The translations under genes were made by a program, and so were the position numbers. The notes below the pieces were generated by a model. It had not been told where the DNA came from, made no database searches, and saw only the letters and a list, made by a program, of their open reading frames with translations. This document shows positions 41,667-51,427 of a stretch of 54,348 bases of DNA, piece by piece (position 1 is the first letter of the stretch; every line of letters begins with the position of its first letter). The stretch lies in the sequence record SRR20825006_183. One strand, 5' to 3'.

Positions 41667-41697
41667 GTTCCCGATCCATTTTGTATGGTTCGGGAAC
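41667..41697 (+). other. Intergenic stem-loop between rpsB and tsf (possible attenuator or stability element)
   Basis: gttcccga-t-ccat-tttgt-atgg-t-tcgggaac. Confidence 0.6.
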
Positions 41698-41718
41698 TTA
41701 ATTTAAAAAACAGTACCC

Positions 41719-42546
41719 ATGGCAATTACAGCTGCAGATGTAAATAAATTACGCAAGCAAACAGGAGCAGGTATGATGGACTGCAAGAACGCACTAGTTG
41801 AAACAAATGGTGATTTCGAAGCAGCAATTGATGTTCTTCGTAAAAAAGGGCAAAAAGTAGCCGCGAAGCGCGGAGATAATGAAGCAAAAGAAGGTATTAT
41901 TTTTGCTCAAACTTCTGAAGATGCAACTTCAGGTGTTGTCCTTACATTGAACTGTGAAACTGATTTCGTTGCGAAAAACGATGAGTTCAGAGGATTTGTT
42001 CAATCGTTGGTAGATATCGCAATGAGCAAAGGTGTTTCTACTGCTGAAGAGTTATTGAGCCAGTCTTACGACGGTAAAATCTCTGTTAGCGAGAAAATTA
42101 CTGAGCAAGTTGGTGTAGTTGGTGAGAAACTTGAGTTATCAGGATTCGAAACAATCAAAGCTCCAAAAGTATACGCTTACAATCACCCAGGAAACCAATT
42201 GGCAACTCTTGTAGGTTTGTCTAGCGTTTCTGCGGATGAAGAAGCAGGACGTCAAGTAGCTATGCAAGTAGCAGCGATGAATCCACTTGCTTTGAATAAA
42301 GAAGGAATTGATCAAAATACAATCGATAGAGAAATCGAAATCGGTAAAGACTTGGCGATCCAAGAAGGAAAACCAGCGGACATGGCAGAGAAAATCGCTA
42401 TGGGTCGTTTGAACAAATTCTTCGCTGAGAATACATTGTTGAGCCAAGCATTCGTGCGTGACAACAAAATGACGATCGAACAATTCTTGAACAGTACAGA
42501 AAAAGGATTAACAGTGACTGATTTCAAACGTCAATCATTGAACTAA
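41719..42546 (+). CDS. tsf: Elongation factor Ts
   Basis: LRKQTGAGMMDCK, NCETDFVA, MQVAAMNP. Confidence 0.99.
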   Translation: MAITAADVNKLRKQTGAGMMDCKNALVETNGDFEAAIDVLRKKGQKVAAKRGDNEAKEGIIFAQTSEDATSGVVLTLNCETDFVAKNDEFRGFVQSLVDIAMSKGVSTAEELLSQSYDGKISVSEKITEQVGVVGEKLELSGFETIKAPKVYAYNHPGNQLATLVGLSSVSADEEAGRQVAMQVAAMNPLALNKEGIDQNTIDREIEIGKDLAIQEGKPADMAEKIAMGRLNKFFAENTLLSQAFVRDNKMTIEQFLNSTEKGLTVTDFKRQSLN

Positions 42547-42565
42547 GAAATAAGCATTCGCTTAA

Positions 42566-42605
42566 AATAAAAGCCGATTCAATTAGTTGAGTCGGCTTTT
42601 TTATT
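42566..42605. terminator. Bidirectional intrinsic terminator
   Basis: aaaagccgattcaa-ttag-ttgagtcggctttt with flanking A/T runs between convergent genes. Confidence 0.88.
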
Positions 42606-42658
42606 CCCTATACATTGCGCTTTGTTTTCGCAAAGCCCGATTCATTCTTTTCGATGAA

Positions 42659-43363
42659 TTAGTTTACCACAAAAGTAAAGCACTGCTTTTTTATTCTGTC
42701 TAGATCGTTTTCTAATGTTGAATTCATAAACTGCTCAAACAAATGATAATTAGTGATCTGTGAACCATTTTCTTGTCGATTCACCGGAAAATAAATGTTA
42801 GTGATTATTTCTTGTTCACATTCTGGAGTGAGATCTTGCTCATTTAACTGACCTTCAGCGGCGGGATAGTAACTCATGAAAAGAGGATAGAACAAATAAG
42901 TGCCCGACTGCTGTAGAATGATGCCCTGTTTTAGCTTATAGAAACCGTCAGCGTAAGATAATCTGTATTCGGGACCATCGGGTAACTCTTGCAGAAAGGT
43001 TCCGGAGACATAGATTGGATCGAAAGAAGCATCCCAAGTTCCCGTTGGCTGTCCATTTACGTTTTGCGCAGGATCTACCAGTTTTAGAACCCGAAGAAAA
43101 TTCCGATGGAAGTCGAAATCTTTAAGCTGAATAGATTGATTGAACTGTTCTCCCGTAAAATTATTGGTAACCAAAGCGTTGAAGTTATCGGAGAAGTTCA
43201 TTTCAAACCAAATGGTATCACCAATGTTGTAGCTCTCCTTCACTGGATAAACCGACACAGGATGTTCGAGATCGTATCCTCTGGAGCATTTCTTTTTATT
43301 CTTTCCACAGCTGAAAGACAAAAGTAAAACCGCGAAAAGCACTAATAGTAGAGACTTTTTCAT
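42659..43363 (-). CDS. Hypothetical lipoprotein
   Basis: Lipobox SFSC; YNIGDTIWF motif; C-terminal FTFVVN. Confidence 0.8.
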   Translation of the reverse strand: MKKSLLLVLFAVLLLSFSCGKNKKKCSRGYDLEHPVSVYPVKESYNIGDTIWFEMNFSDNFNALVTNNFTGEQFNQSIQLKDFDFHRNFLRVLKLVDPAQNVNGQPTGTWDASFDPIYVSGTFLQELPDGPEYRLSYADGFYKLKQGIILQQSGTYLFYPLFMSYYPAAEGQLNEQDLTPECEQEIITNIYFPVNRQENGSQITNYHLFEQFMNSTLENDLDRIKKQCFTFVVN

Positions 43364-43374
43364 AGCTACAAGAT

Positions 43375-43408
43375 AAAAACGAGGGACAACTCGAATGAAT
43401 TGTCCCTC
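43375..43408 (-). terminator. Stem-loop/terminator between the two lipoprotein genes
   Basis: gagggacaa...ttgtccctc (43381-43408) followed on the minus strand by GTTTTT. Confidence 0.6.
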
Positions 43409-43416
43409 TAAAATAA

Positions 43417-45174
43417 CTAATATCCGTATGAAACAAATAGTTTATTTACATCACTCGCCGATGCACTTGGGTTTTCAAAAATAAATCGATCTCGGTAACC
43501 TCGAACCGTAATTATGTCTGAGTCCATTGCATTGAAACAATTAGTGATAGAATAACCAGAAACAGCATCTGTAACCAAAGTGAAGGATGGTTCACCGCTG
43601 TCGGTTAAGTCGTGCATAACTCCGTCAGGAATCCAATTCCAAGAACTCGTTCCACTATGCGGCATGAAGTTTTCTAACTTCACAATCCACGTTGAACCGA
43701 TAGATGTAGTGGTTCCATAACGTAAATGTGCAAAGCGCTCACTGCAAAACTCTGCCCATGCCTCCGAAATTGCAATTCTACCATTTCCAGATGTCGTGGA
43801 AGAACCGTATCCGCCATTTTGAACGATGTACGAAATATAAGATGACCAGTAAGAATTACCTACTTTTCTATAGTGACTTGCATGTGAAAATTCATGATAG
43901 AATATTTGCGCAATTTGATCCGAATTCGTGTAGTAAGAACTATTCTGAGAGTAGTTGTAGGTGATATCCGGTGGGAATTGCTCCAATACTTGATAAGCAA
44001 TAGCAAACCACGGATGTCCAGTAGCCACTAAGAACAGTTGTACACTATTAACCAATAAACTGCTGTTTGACATTTGCTTTAACATCGGAGCAGCAGCATA
44101 CGTTGATAAACTGTTCCCGTTAGCATTCGCATTCGTCAACCAGATATTCAAACCATTGTTAGGAGCCGTAACACCGTTTTGACTGCAGTAAACATGCTGC
44201 TCGCGAAGTGCGTTTAGCGCGTGACATGCCATCCATTTTCTCTTCGTGTCGGAGTTAATGTCGTTAGAGTTTTGGAATGTATAATTGATAGACTCCATAG
44301 AAGAGTTCTGATAGTCTCCAATGTCCTTTCTCTCAGTAAAGAAAATGTCCCAGAATTGAACCCCTTTAATCGCACGCACATTGGCATATTGATTTTCAAA
44401 GATGCATTTTACCTCTACTTTTCTATTCTTTTTATACGTTTCGTTTGCTTCAAAATACCCGTTATCATTCGTGTATCCCGTTCCATAATCAAACCACCAT
44501 CTTGTTCTCACTTTGATGTTTTTTACAGGAACGTTCGTCACCGTGCTTGATATTTTCTGCTGCACTTTGATGTATCCTTTAGGTCTATATTTTGCGGCCT
44601 TTTCTAACGATTCATCGTAACCAGCTTGTCTCATAGCCTCATCAATGAGTGCGTCGTGATCAAAACTTGAAAATATGACGTCGTACTGATTTGTTCCAAC
44701 CAATAAGTTTGGCAAGAATAATTCGTCGAGCAATTCATATTGAAAAGGAGATAAATCAAAATTTGGATCTACTGTGGTATACATCCAAATCTGATCGCCT
44801 AACGATGGATCATTGTAGTATGTGCCGTATTCAATAATCTCGTAATCTAAAGGAACCGTAGATAAAATAAGTCCCATATCCTCAAGCATAGATGCAACTG
44901 CAGGATCCGACACTTTAAAGCGAACATATAACTGGTTCGTTTGAATTTCTCCTTGTGCTCCACCTAAGGCAACATAGGAGTTCGAGATGTTTTGAGTGGT
45001 GAATGGATTCTCTAATTTGTTTCCAAGAACCGTCATTCCTTCTTCTAATACAACGGCTTTTGTTTCTGATCCTCCAGAATTTACTTCATTCGGTTCAAAT
45101 TGTTTTTTCTTACAGCTAACGAGAGTGGTTCCTACTAAGGCAAGGAATAAACTGCCATAAATCAACTTTTTCAT
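43417..45174 (-). CDS. Lipoprotein with putative zinc metallopeptidase domain (HEXXH + downstream E)
   Basis: Lipobox LVSC; FYHEFSHASH and ISEAWAE; central beta-sandwich-like segment (GYTNDNGYF). Confidence 0.75.
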   Translation of the reverse strand: MKKLIYGSLFLALVGTTLVSCKKKQFEPNEVNSGGSETKAVVLEEGMTVLGNKLENPFTTQNISNSYVALGGAQGEIQTNQLYVRFKVSDPAVASMLEDMGLILSTVPLDYEIIEYGTYYNDPSLGDQIWMYTTVDPNFDLSPFQYELLDELFLPNLLVGTNQYDVIFSSFDHDALIDEAMRQAGYDESLEKAAKYRPKGYIKVQQKISSTVTNVPVKNIKVRTRWWFDYGTGYTNDNGYFEANETYKKNRKVEVKCIFENQYANVRAIKGVQFWDIFFTERKDIGDYQNSSMESINYTFQNSNDINSDTKRKWMACHALNALREQHVYCSQNGVTAPNNGLNIWLTNANANGNSLSTYAAAPMLKQMSNSSLLVNSVQLFLVATGHPWFAIAYQVLEQFPPDITYNYSQNSSYYTNSDQIAQIFYHEFSHASHYRKVGNSYWSSYISYIVQNGGYGSSTTSGNGRIAISEAWAEFCSERFAHLRYGTTTSIGSTWIVKLENFMPHSGTSSWNWIPDGVMHDLTDSGEPSFTLVTDAVSGYSITNCFNAMDSDIITVRGYRDRFIFENPSASASDVNKLFVSYGY

Positions 45175-46105
45175 AACTTTCGTATTAAGTCAATTTTAAT
45201 AATCGCCAAATTAATCAAGGAGTCGGCAATGCTCCTCATTTATTCACAAGATTCTAATCAGTCAAATGTTTGTTCTTGAATTACTTTCGCATAAGTTGCG
45301 TAACAGAAACTACCTTGAATGTAAATACCTCGCTCATAAAATGTAACTAGCCGCTATTTTGATTATTAGATTTCATTACTAATTTAATCCCACTCCAAGG
45401 TATAGGCGATCATGTTTAACACGAACAACGTTATACTTTTCAACTCCCTTAATGATTGCTGTAATTTAATTTTCGCGGCTAGATCGCTAGGACGAATGTA
45501 GTCTTTTTTTCAATTCAGCATTTCTTTTTCATTTTTTTTATTTGTGCTTTAAAAAAGGCGCATTTAATCACGTGTAAATAGTTGTTAATTCTCTCGATAA
45601 CATCGTGTTAAGTATTTGTTTAAAACGCGTCAAAATTTCATTATACGTGAGGGTTCAATCTTGAAATCGCTGAGATTTCAGTAATTCCAAGAGCGTTCGG
45701 TTAAGAATTATCGGCTTTTAATTTTCCAACACTTTGAGACGATTAGTGACACTTCCAAGATTTTATAACATCCAACTAACTAGTCATATAATTCAACAGC
45801 GGATAGGGGAAGGTTGACTTCATTCACGCACTGTGTAAAAACGTCCTCAAAAGGTGTATTCTCTTACTCGCTGATAATCTAAGGTAAGTAGTGAAAGTAT
45901 TGATAATCAACTCTTTGGAATTCAGGAATGATTGTAGTTATTTCTCTTGTAAATTATTGATTAAAGATGATGAGGCTATTGTTAAAACTTAAAAATGGGT
46001 TACTTAAAATTTTCTCAAATAAGAGTAGCCGAACAAATAAAGAACCATCTGAAAATGAGTCAGATGGGAATTGTGTACATCTATTTATTTAAAAAAAAGG
46101 AAATT

Positions 46106-46540
46106 ATGAGAGGCAAGTTAGTATTAGTAGGATTATTATCAGTGGCATTGTTTGCATGTGATAATGGGCAGTCTGTAGAAGAAATCGAACAAGAAAGCAT
46201 GGAAATGCGTGAGCAGTTCAATGAAGATAAGGAAGAACTGAGAGAAGAATTTGAGGAAGTCCGAATGAAATTAAGTGAAAAGATTGATGAACTTGACAAG
46301 CGCATGGAGCTCGCAAATGAGGAGGCCAAGTTGCGTTTGAAAGAGGCAAAGAAAAATCTTGAAGACGAGCGTTCAAATCTTGATGATTCATTAAAAGAAC
46401 TGGAGAATTCCACCGAAGAAGGTTGGAATCAAATGAAGGTCAAGTTTCGTGAAGGTGTTGAAGCTGCCAAAATTCGTTGGGAAGAGTTTACACTTGACTT
46501 AGAAGAAGCTTTCTCTAAGGATGAAAAGAAAGAGAAGTAG
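46106..46540 (+). CDS. Helical coiled-coil lipoprotein (apolipoprotein/stress-protein-like)
   Basis: ATG 46106 MRGKLVLVGLLSVALFAC lipobox; E/K-rich helices; the longer 45995 start is unlikely. Confidence 0.8.
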   Translation: MRGKLVLVGLLSVALFACDNGQSVEEIEQESMEMREQFNEDKEELREEFEEVRMKLSEKIDELDKRMELANEEAKLRLKEAKKNLEDERSNLDDSLKELENSTEEGWNQMKVKFREGVEAAKIRWEEFTLDLEEAFSKDEKKEK

Positions 46541-46569
46541 CCGGATATAAATAGGCTCAAATTGAATTT

Positions 46570-46609
46570 CAACCGAAGTGGTATTTTACCCTTCGGTTGT
46601 TTCTTTTTT
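46570..46609 (+). terminator. Intrinsic terminator
   Basis: caaccgaag...cttcggttg followed by a T-rich tail. Confidence 0.85.
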
Positions 46610-46892
46610 AGGAAGTTCCAAATGGGTGGGATATTACCGCAGACCCCAATAAAATATCCTTTGAAAGGCATAAAACACGTTTTTTTGAATCAGGAAAGTA
46701 TTTTCTGGTCATCCACAGTGAAAAGATATCTCATCTACGAAGCATCTTTAAGCGCTAACGTTGTGGAACATTTTCACACGCTTTTCTCAATTGCACATTT
46801 TTGTAACCTGATCTAAATCCCCCAAAAAGTAGTATTTTCCGCATAGGTTTTCCCTCCCCAAAAGAGTAGTTTTAGCACGTAAACCTAAAACT

Positions 46893-47102
46893 ATGATCAA
46901 AATTCTATTCACCTCTGCAATAGTCAGCCTGCTCGCCATGAGTAGCGAACCAAAAGTCTATATCTGCGATTCCGAAAATTCAGTTGCCTATCATTTGACG
47001 AAGGAGTGTCGTGGCATTAAGCTGTGTAAGAAAGAAATTATTGAAGTAACGAAGGCAGAGGCGCTGGAACGGAAGCTGCATTTGTGTGGGTGGGAGGATT
47101 GA
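46893..47102 (+). CDS. Small secreted Cys/His-motif protein
   Basis: Signal peptide, VYIC...AYH...CRG...C...LCGWED; 69 aa. Confidence 0.7.
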   Translation: MIKILFTSAIVSLLAMSSEPKVYICDSENSVAYHLTKECRGIKLCKKEIIEVTKAEALERKLHLCGWED

Positions 47103-47259
47103 GAAAAATCAAAAAAACAAAAGATGAAAGAACTTATTTTAATGACATGTATTCTAATGTCGTCATATTCCAATTCTCAAGAATTTGAACAGGTATCAAA
47201 TTTAAATTTTAAACTCGGCGTTTTAGGTTTAGAAACAATACACTATGCATCTGATGAGG

Positions 47260-48399
47260 ATGAATAATAAATTCAACTATTGGCCATACCTTCTCATTGC
47301 TGGTATCATATTAGTCGTTGGAGCGATAGCTCCATATTTATTCTCCAAATTATCATGGGGAATTATTGAGTTTGGTGATCAAACAGGTCCCATTGGTGAT
47401 ACGATTGGTGGAATTACTGCTCCATTCCTAAGTTTGGTTGGATCTATTCTTGTTTTTGCTGCGTTAAGAGCGCAAATTCAAGCAAATGATATTGTCTTGG
47501 ATCAATTTTCAAGTGAGAAGGAATCAGCTAAATTAGAGTCGATTAACAAGATTGAATTACTCTCCATTGATTTAGATTCAGTCATTAAAGACATAGAATT
47601 GAGAACCGAACGAATGAAGGGGTATTACGAAAAGGAGCGAGAAAAGCCTTTCGAAATTAATATACTTAAGCGGACTTCTTCCAGAATTTACTCTAGGCTT
47701 TTAGAATTCGAACGCTTATCTATTTATAAAGGGTTCAAAGAATTTACTGTAGAACGTGACGAGTGGATATTACATTATAATAAACTCTATAGAATATTTG
47801 ATTATTTGCCAGAATACTTTGATAGCGTTTATCTCATATACGACCTGCATGTGAAAGATATCTTTGATCAAAAAATGGCATTAAGAAGTAGATTAATTGA
47901 TCTGATGAATATGTCTGCAAAATTTACTGAAGCATATAAAATGAAACACAGTATACTTAAACCAGAATCTATGCCGATTTGGGCTGCAGTCAATAAGCTG
48001 ATGAGTGATTATCAGGAGGTAATTGATGAAAGTATTGAGCAGAGTGGTAAACTGATTAAAGAGACAGATTTTGAAAAAATAAGCAATCACGTTCTCCTCG
48101 GTTTTATTTCAAGGGTAATGGAAATTCGCGAGAAAAGTCTTGGATATGAGTCAGAAGTGCATCCTATGATCGAGTTATCTGCTGAAATCCGACGAAATAT
48201 TGAGTTAATAAGACAACGAGCAACCGAATTTTCAGGAAATATTGAAGAGGAACACAAAAAAATAGTAGTAGATAAAGAAGATGAAAAATCAACGCTTACT
48301 CAAATAAAAACGATCAAGGCTTTCATTGATACTGAGATTGGGAAGCTGAATAGTGAAGAGAATGAACCCAGAAAAATATTTAGAAAAAAAGGATTATGA
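47260..48399 (+). CDS. Membrane protein with GDTIGG TM hairpin (as in putative abortive-infection-type proteins) and a helical cytoplasmic domain
   Basis: TM-loop-GPIGDTIGGITAPFLSLVGSILVF..LRAQ; likely start ATG 47260; ATGA overlap with the next gene. Confidence 0.7.
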   Translation: MNNKFNYWPYLLIAGIILVVGAIAPYLFSKLSWGIIEFGDQTGPIGDTIGGITAPFLSLVGSILVFAALRAQIQANDIVLDQFSSEKESAKLESINKIELLSIDLDSVIKDIELRTERMKGYYEKEREKPFEINILKRTSSRIYSRLLEFERLSIYKGFKEFTVERDEWILHYNKLYRIFDYLPEYFDSVYLIYDLHVKDIFDQKMALRSRLIDLMNMSAKFTEAYKMKHSILKPESMPIWAAVNKLMSDYQEVIDESIEQSGKLIKETDFEKISNHVLLGFISRVMEIREKSLGYESEVHPMIELSAEIRRNIELIRQRATEFSGNIEEEHKKIVVDKEDEKSTLTQIKTIKAFIDTEIGKLNSEENEPRKIFRKKGL

Positions 48400-49148
48400 G
48401 TTTTTACAATGATATATCACTAAACTATTTAAAAGGTAAATCCATCTATGCAGAAGTTAGACGGATTATATCTTTTTTACTAAAAATCTCAATCACGACT
48501 TACGTATATACATACTTTTTCGGAGCGTTCAAGGTTTTTGAGTTTTCAGAATACAAGGAAGTAATTGATTTCTTTTTAAGCGGTAAGTTCTTTATTCCCC
48601 TAAGTGTTTTTATGATAACGCACCTAGTAATTTACATCATCCAATTTTTAATATTTCAGCTTTTTACATTTTCCGCTCCTTTTAGATTGAAGAAGAAAAT
48701 AGTGGATTATAAACTTACAAATGAAGACAAAGAAGCAGGAAAAAATGCAGTTAAACGGCTCGTGAAATATACAATCAAGAAGGATGTTTCTGATGAGAAA
48801 TTATCGGAAGTTTATTTAGAATACAAGCAAAAAATGAGTGAAGATGTAAATGCTGAATTGGAAATAACGGAAGATTTGGAGTCTGAGTTGAATGAGCCGA
48901 GAGCGGGCGCGCAGTCACACTTCAATATGACGGTTTTAATACTAATTTCTTTATTCGTGTTTTACTTTAATATTCCGAATTTCCCCCTTGCTTTATTTTT
49001 AATTGTATTGATCATGACGATTGCGTTTTCAATTGGTAGTATCGTGTTTTACCGTTTTTTGGATATTCTACCGACCATTTTATTAAAAATCCCTCAAGTA
49101 TTGGAAGGGCATAAGAATGAATCAGAAATTAAAAATGAGGAAGGATGA
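48396..49148 (+). CDS. Hypothetical ~4-TM membrane protein
   Basis: Two hydrophobic pairs separated by a charged loop; ATGA overlaps at both ends. Confidence 0.7.
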   Translation: MSFYNDISLNYLKGKSIYAEVRRIISFLLKISITTYVYTYFFGAFKVFEFSEYKEVIDFFLSGKFFIPLSVFMITHLVIYIIQFLIFQLFTFSAPFRLKKKIVDYKLTNEDKEAGKNAVKRLVKYTIKKDVSDEKLSEVYLEYKQKMSEDVNAELEITEDLESELNEPRAGAQSHFNMTVLILISLFVFYFNIPNFPLALFLIVLIMTIAFSIGSIVFYRFLDILPTILLKIPQVLEGHKNESEIKNEEG

Positions 49149-51427
49149 GTGGATTTAAGCTGTTAGCAATTGTTCCGCTTAATGGATGCAATGAAAAGTT
49201 CTTAAAGAATTTAAAAATTGGCACACCATACAAATTTCTGAATGGAGTCGAAATAGAATTAGATAAAAATCATCGGAAAATTGAAACCGTTAAAGTGAAA
49301 GAGATTTTAACTTCCGAAAATCTATATACTTTAAAAAATGGAATTAAAATTGAAATATCTGCAGTTGTTGGATTAAATGGCTCAGGCAAGAGTGCTCTAA
49401 TTGAGTTACTATATTATACAATTTATGCATTAAGTGCCTACAATTCTGAAAGTTGTTTAATTGACCTACACTCCTGGAAATTGGAACGGAAAATAGATGT
49501 TCTCAAGGCATCAAGTGTAAAATTAACTGAGAAAAGTCAGAGTTCGATGTCCCTTTTAAGGATAATTAGGGATAACGAATTAAAGCTAAACAGGAAGGAC
49601 TTCGAAGGATATACAAACGCAAAATCTTTGCTTCATAATAAACTCAGCCAGAGGTCCAAGTTATTGCATGGACAAAAAAAAAATGATGAAACCAATGAAA
49701 GGTTAATCAAAGAGGAACTTTCAGTAGGTTTAGTATACGAGATTGATGAGAAAGTATACAGTCTTATCTACAGTAAGGAAAAAGTCAAATTGTTCGGGTA
49801 CACGAAAAATGGCAACTTGAAAGTCGAACCATTACCATTTTATTTTGATCCTTTCTTTTATTCGATTAGTCTTAATTATTCACATCATTCCTTAAATTCT
49901 TCGGTTATTGGGAATTGGATTAACAGCCTCTTTCATAAAAATGACGGCTATGCGACACCGGTTGTCATCAATCCAATGAGAGAGGATGGAGACTTTAAAA
50001 TAAATCGAGAATTACATCTGTCAAATGAACGTGTCATGTCGAATTTAACCTACGACGTGGCAAATAAAAAGGAAGTTCAATTCTTGAATAAGTACAAACT
50101 GAAAAAAATCTTATTCTATACAAAGAAGGACTTTCAATTGATAAAGATGGTTGGTTTTAATGACCCTCACTCTGAAGTTAAAAGTAACATCGCAAAGTAC
50201 TTGGAAAAGGACGTGTTCGATAAATTGATATCGGTTCAATTAGTGCGTTCTCTTTTAGGGGATGATATTCTTACGAAATACACAAATTATCAGGATTACG
50301 CACTAGGGTATCTTGAAAAGAAAATTGAGAAAATAAAAGATTACTACAGCCATTTGTTTCAGGACAAGAATGGAAACTTTAGTCATCCAATATTCATGCG
50401 CTATCTCAAAAAGAATAAAAGTCACATTACCAAGAAGCTAAGGCAAACAATCAATTTTATAGAAAAAACTTCAAGCGATAAATCTATATGGAATCAATCA
50501 AAAGATTATGGCTACAACGAGCTAGATATTGAAAAGTTTAAACATTGGTTAAAGGAGAATGACACTGACTATGATAAGCTGAGCCCATCGGCTTTAATGA
50601 ACTTTGCGCTACCAGGATTTTTTAATGTTGATTTTAAATTTGAGACAGAGTCTGGTGCACCTATTAAGCTGAGTGAGTTAAGTTCAGGGGAGCAACAAAT
50701 GATTTTTAATATTAATACAATAACATATCATTTATACAACCTGCAATCAGTACATTCCGAAAATAAAAAGGATTCCAGCACAAAGGATACACAGGATATT
50801 GAGACGGATGGTGAAGTGGTTTCGAGATTGTCCTACAAGAATGTTTCAGTGGTCCTTGATGAGGTTGAGATTTACTATCACCCAGAGATGCAGAGAGAAC
50901 TTACGACAAGTTTGTTAAGATCACTTGAAAACATAAAGAATAAAGATGAAATTGGTATTGAATCTATACATATCTTATATTTGACACATTCTCCATTTAT
51001 CTTATCTGATATTCCTTCATTCAATATCCTGCGTTTGAAAGATGGTGTCCCCCAACCAATGATGGATCAAACTTTTGGCGCAAATATTCATGACCTTCTA
51101 GCGAATGATTTTTTCTTGGAAAACGGTTTTATGGGAGAGTTTGCTAAAGAAAAGATCAATGAATTAATTCAGTATTTAACCTACCACATTAATAAATGCG
51201 ATATTGAGCTATTGGAGAATAGTAACTTGGATAAACATAAAGATTATCAGAAAAAGAAAATTGATGCACTCGTCTCGGAAAACCGTTTTATTGCGGATAA
51301 AGTCGATGTTGATATAAAAAAAAGACAAGATTATTTCACTATTATTTCACTAATCGGTGAACCCGTTTTAAAAATGAAGTTAACCGAAATGTTCCAGCTA
51401 GCATTTACAAACGAAAAGTATGCTTAA
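49145..51427 (+). CDS. ABC-type (AAA_21/AAA_15-like) ATPase, Septu PtuA-like
   Basis: Walker A GLNGSGKS, signature LSSGEQQ, Walker B VVLDEVE..YHPEMQR, THSPFILSD, C-terminal TFGANIHDLL..FFL...GEFAKEKI and IGEP. Confidence 0.85.
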   Translation: MSGFKLLAIVPLNGCNEKFLKNLKIGTPYKFLNGVEIELDKNHRKIETVKVKEILTSENLYTLKNGIKIEISAVVGLNGSGKSALIELLYYTIYALSAYNSESCLIDLHSWKLERKIDVLKASSVKLTEKSQSSMSLLRIIRDNELKLNRKDFEGYTNAKSLLHNKLSQRSKLLHGQKKNDETNERLIKEELSVGLVYEIDEKVYSLIYSKEKVKLFGYTKNGNLKVEPLPFYFDPFFYSISLNYSHHSLNSSVIGNWINSLFHKNDGYATPVVINPMREDGDFKINRELHLSNERVMSNLTYDVANKKEVQFLNKYKLKKILFYTKKDFQLIKMVGFNDPHSEVKSNIAKYLEKDVFDKLISVQLVRSLLGDDILTKYTNYQDYALGYLEKKIEKIKDYYSHLFQDKNGNFSHPIFMRYLKKNKSHITKKLRQTINFIEKTSSDKSIWNQSKDYGYNELDIEKFKHWLKENDTDYDKLSPSALMNFALPGFFNVDFKFETESGAPIKLSELSSGEQQMIFNINTITYHLYNLQSVHSENKKDSSTKDTQDIETDGEVVSRLSYKNVSVVLDEVEIYYHPEMQRELTTSLLRSLENIKNKDEIGIESIHILYLTHSPFILSDIPSFNILRLKDGVPQPMMDQTFGANIHDLLANDFFLENGFMGEFAKEKINELIQYLTYHINKCDIELLENSNLDKHKDYQKKKIDALVSENRFIADKVDVDIKKRQDYFTIISLIGEPVLKMKLTEMFQLAFTNEKYA

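Noticed and set aside
2524-44550. Numerous 60-170 aa antisense or alternate-frame ORFs overlapping well-supported genes
   Set aside because: Shadow ORFs with no motifs, nested within or largely overlapping conserved genes.
45905-45917. IHF-like consensus match AATCAACTCTTTG
   Set aside because: Single degenerate match in AT-rich DNA with no associated recombinase site; could be chance.
46429-46816. ORFs 46562-46816 (+) and 46429-46671 (-)
   Set aside because: They span a terminator hairpin, have no recognisable motifs and are probably spurious.
46750-46880. GCTAAC at ~46754 as an integron attC R'' box
   Set aside because: No matching GTTRRRY at a suitable distance and no extended palindrome; no integron integrase seen.
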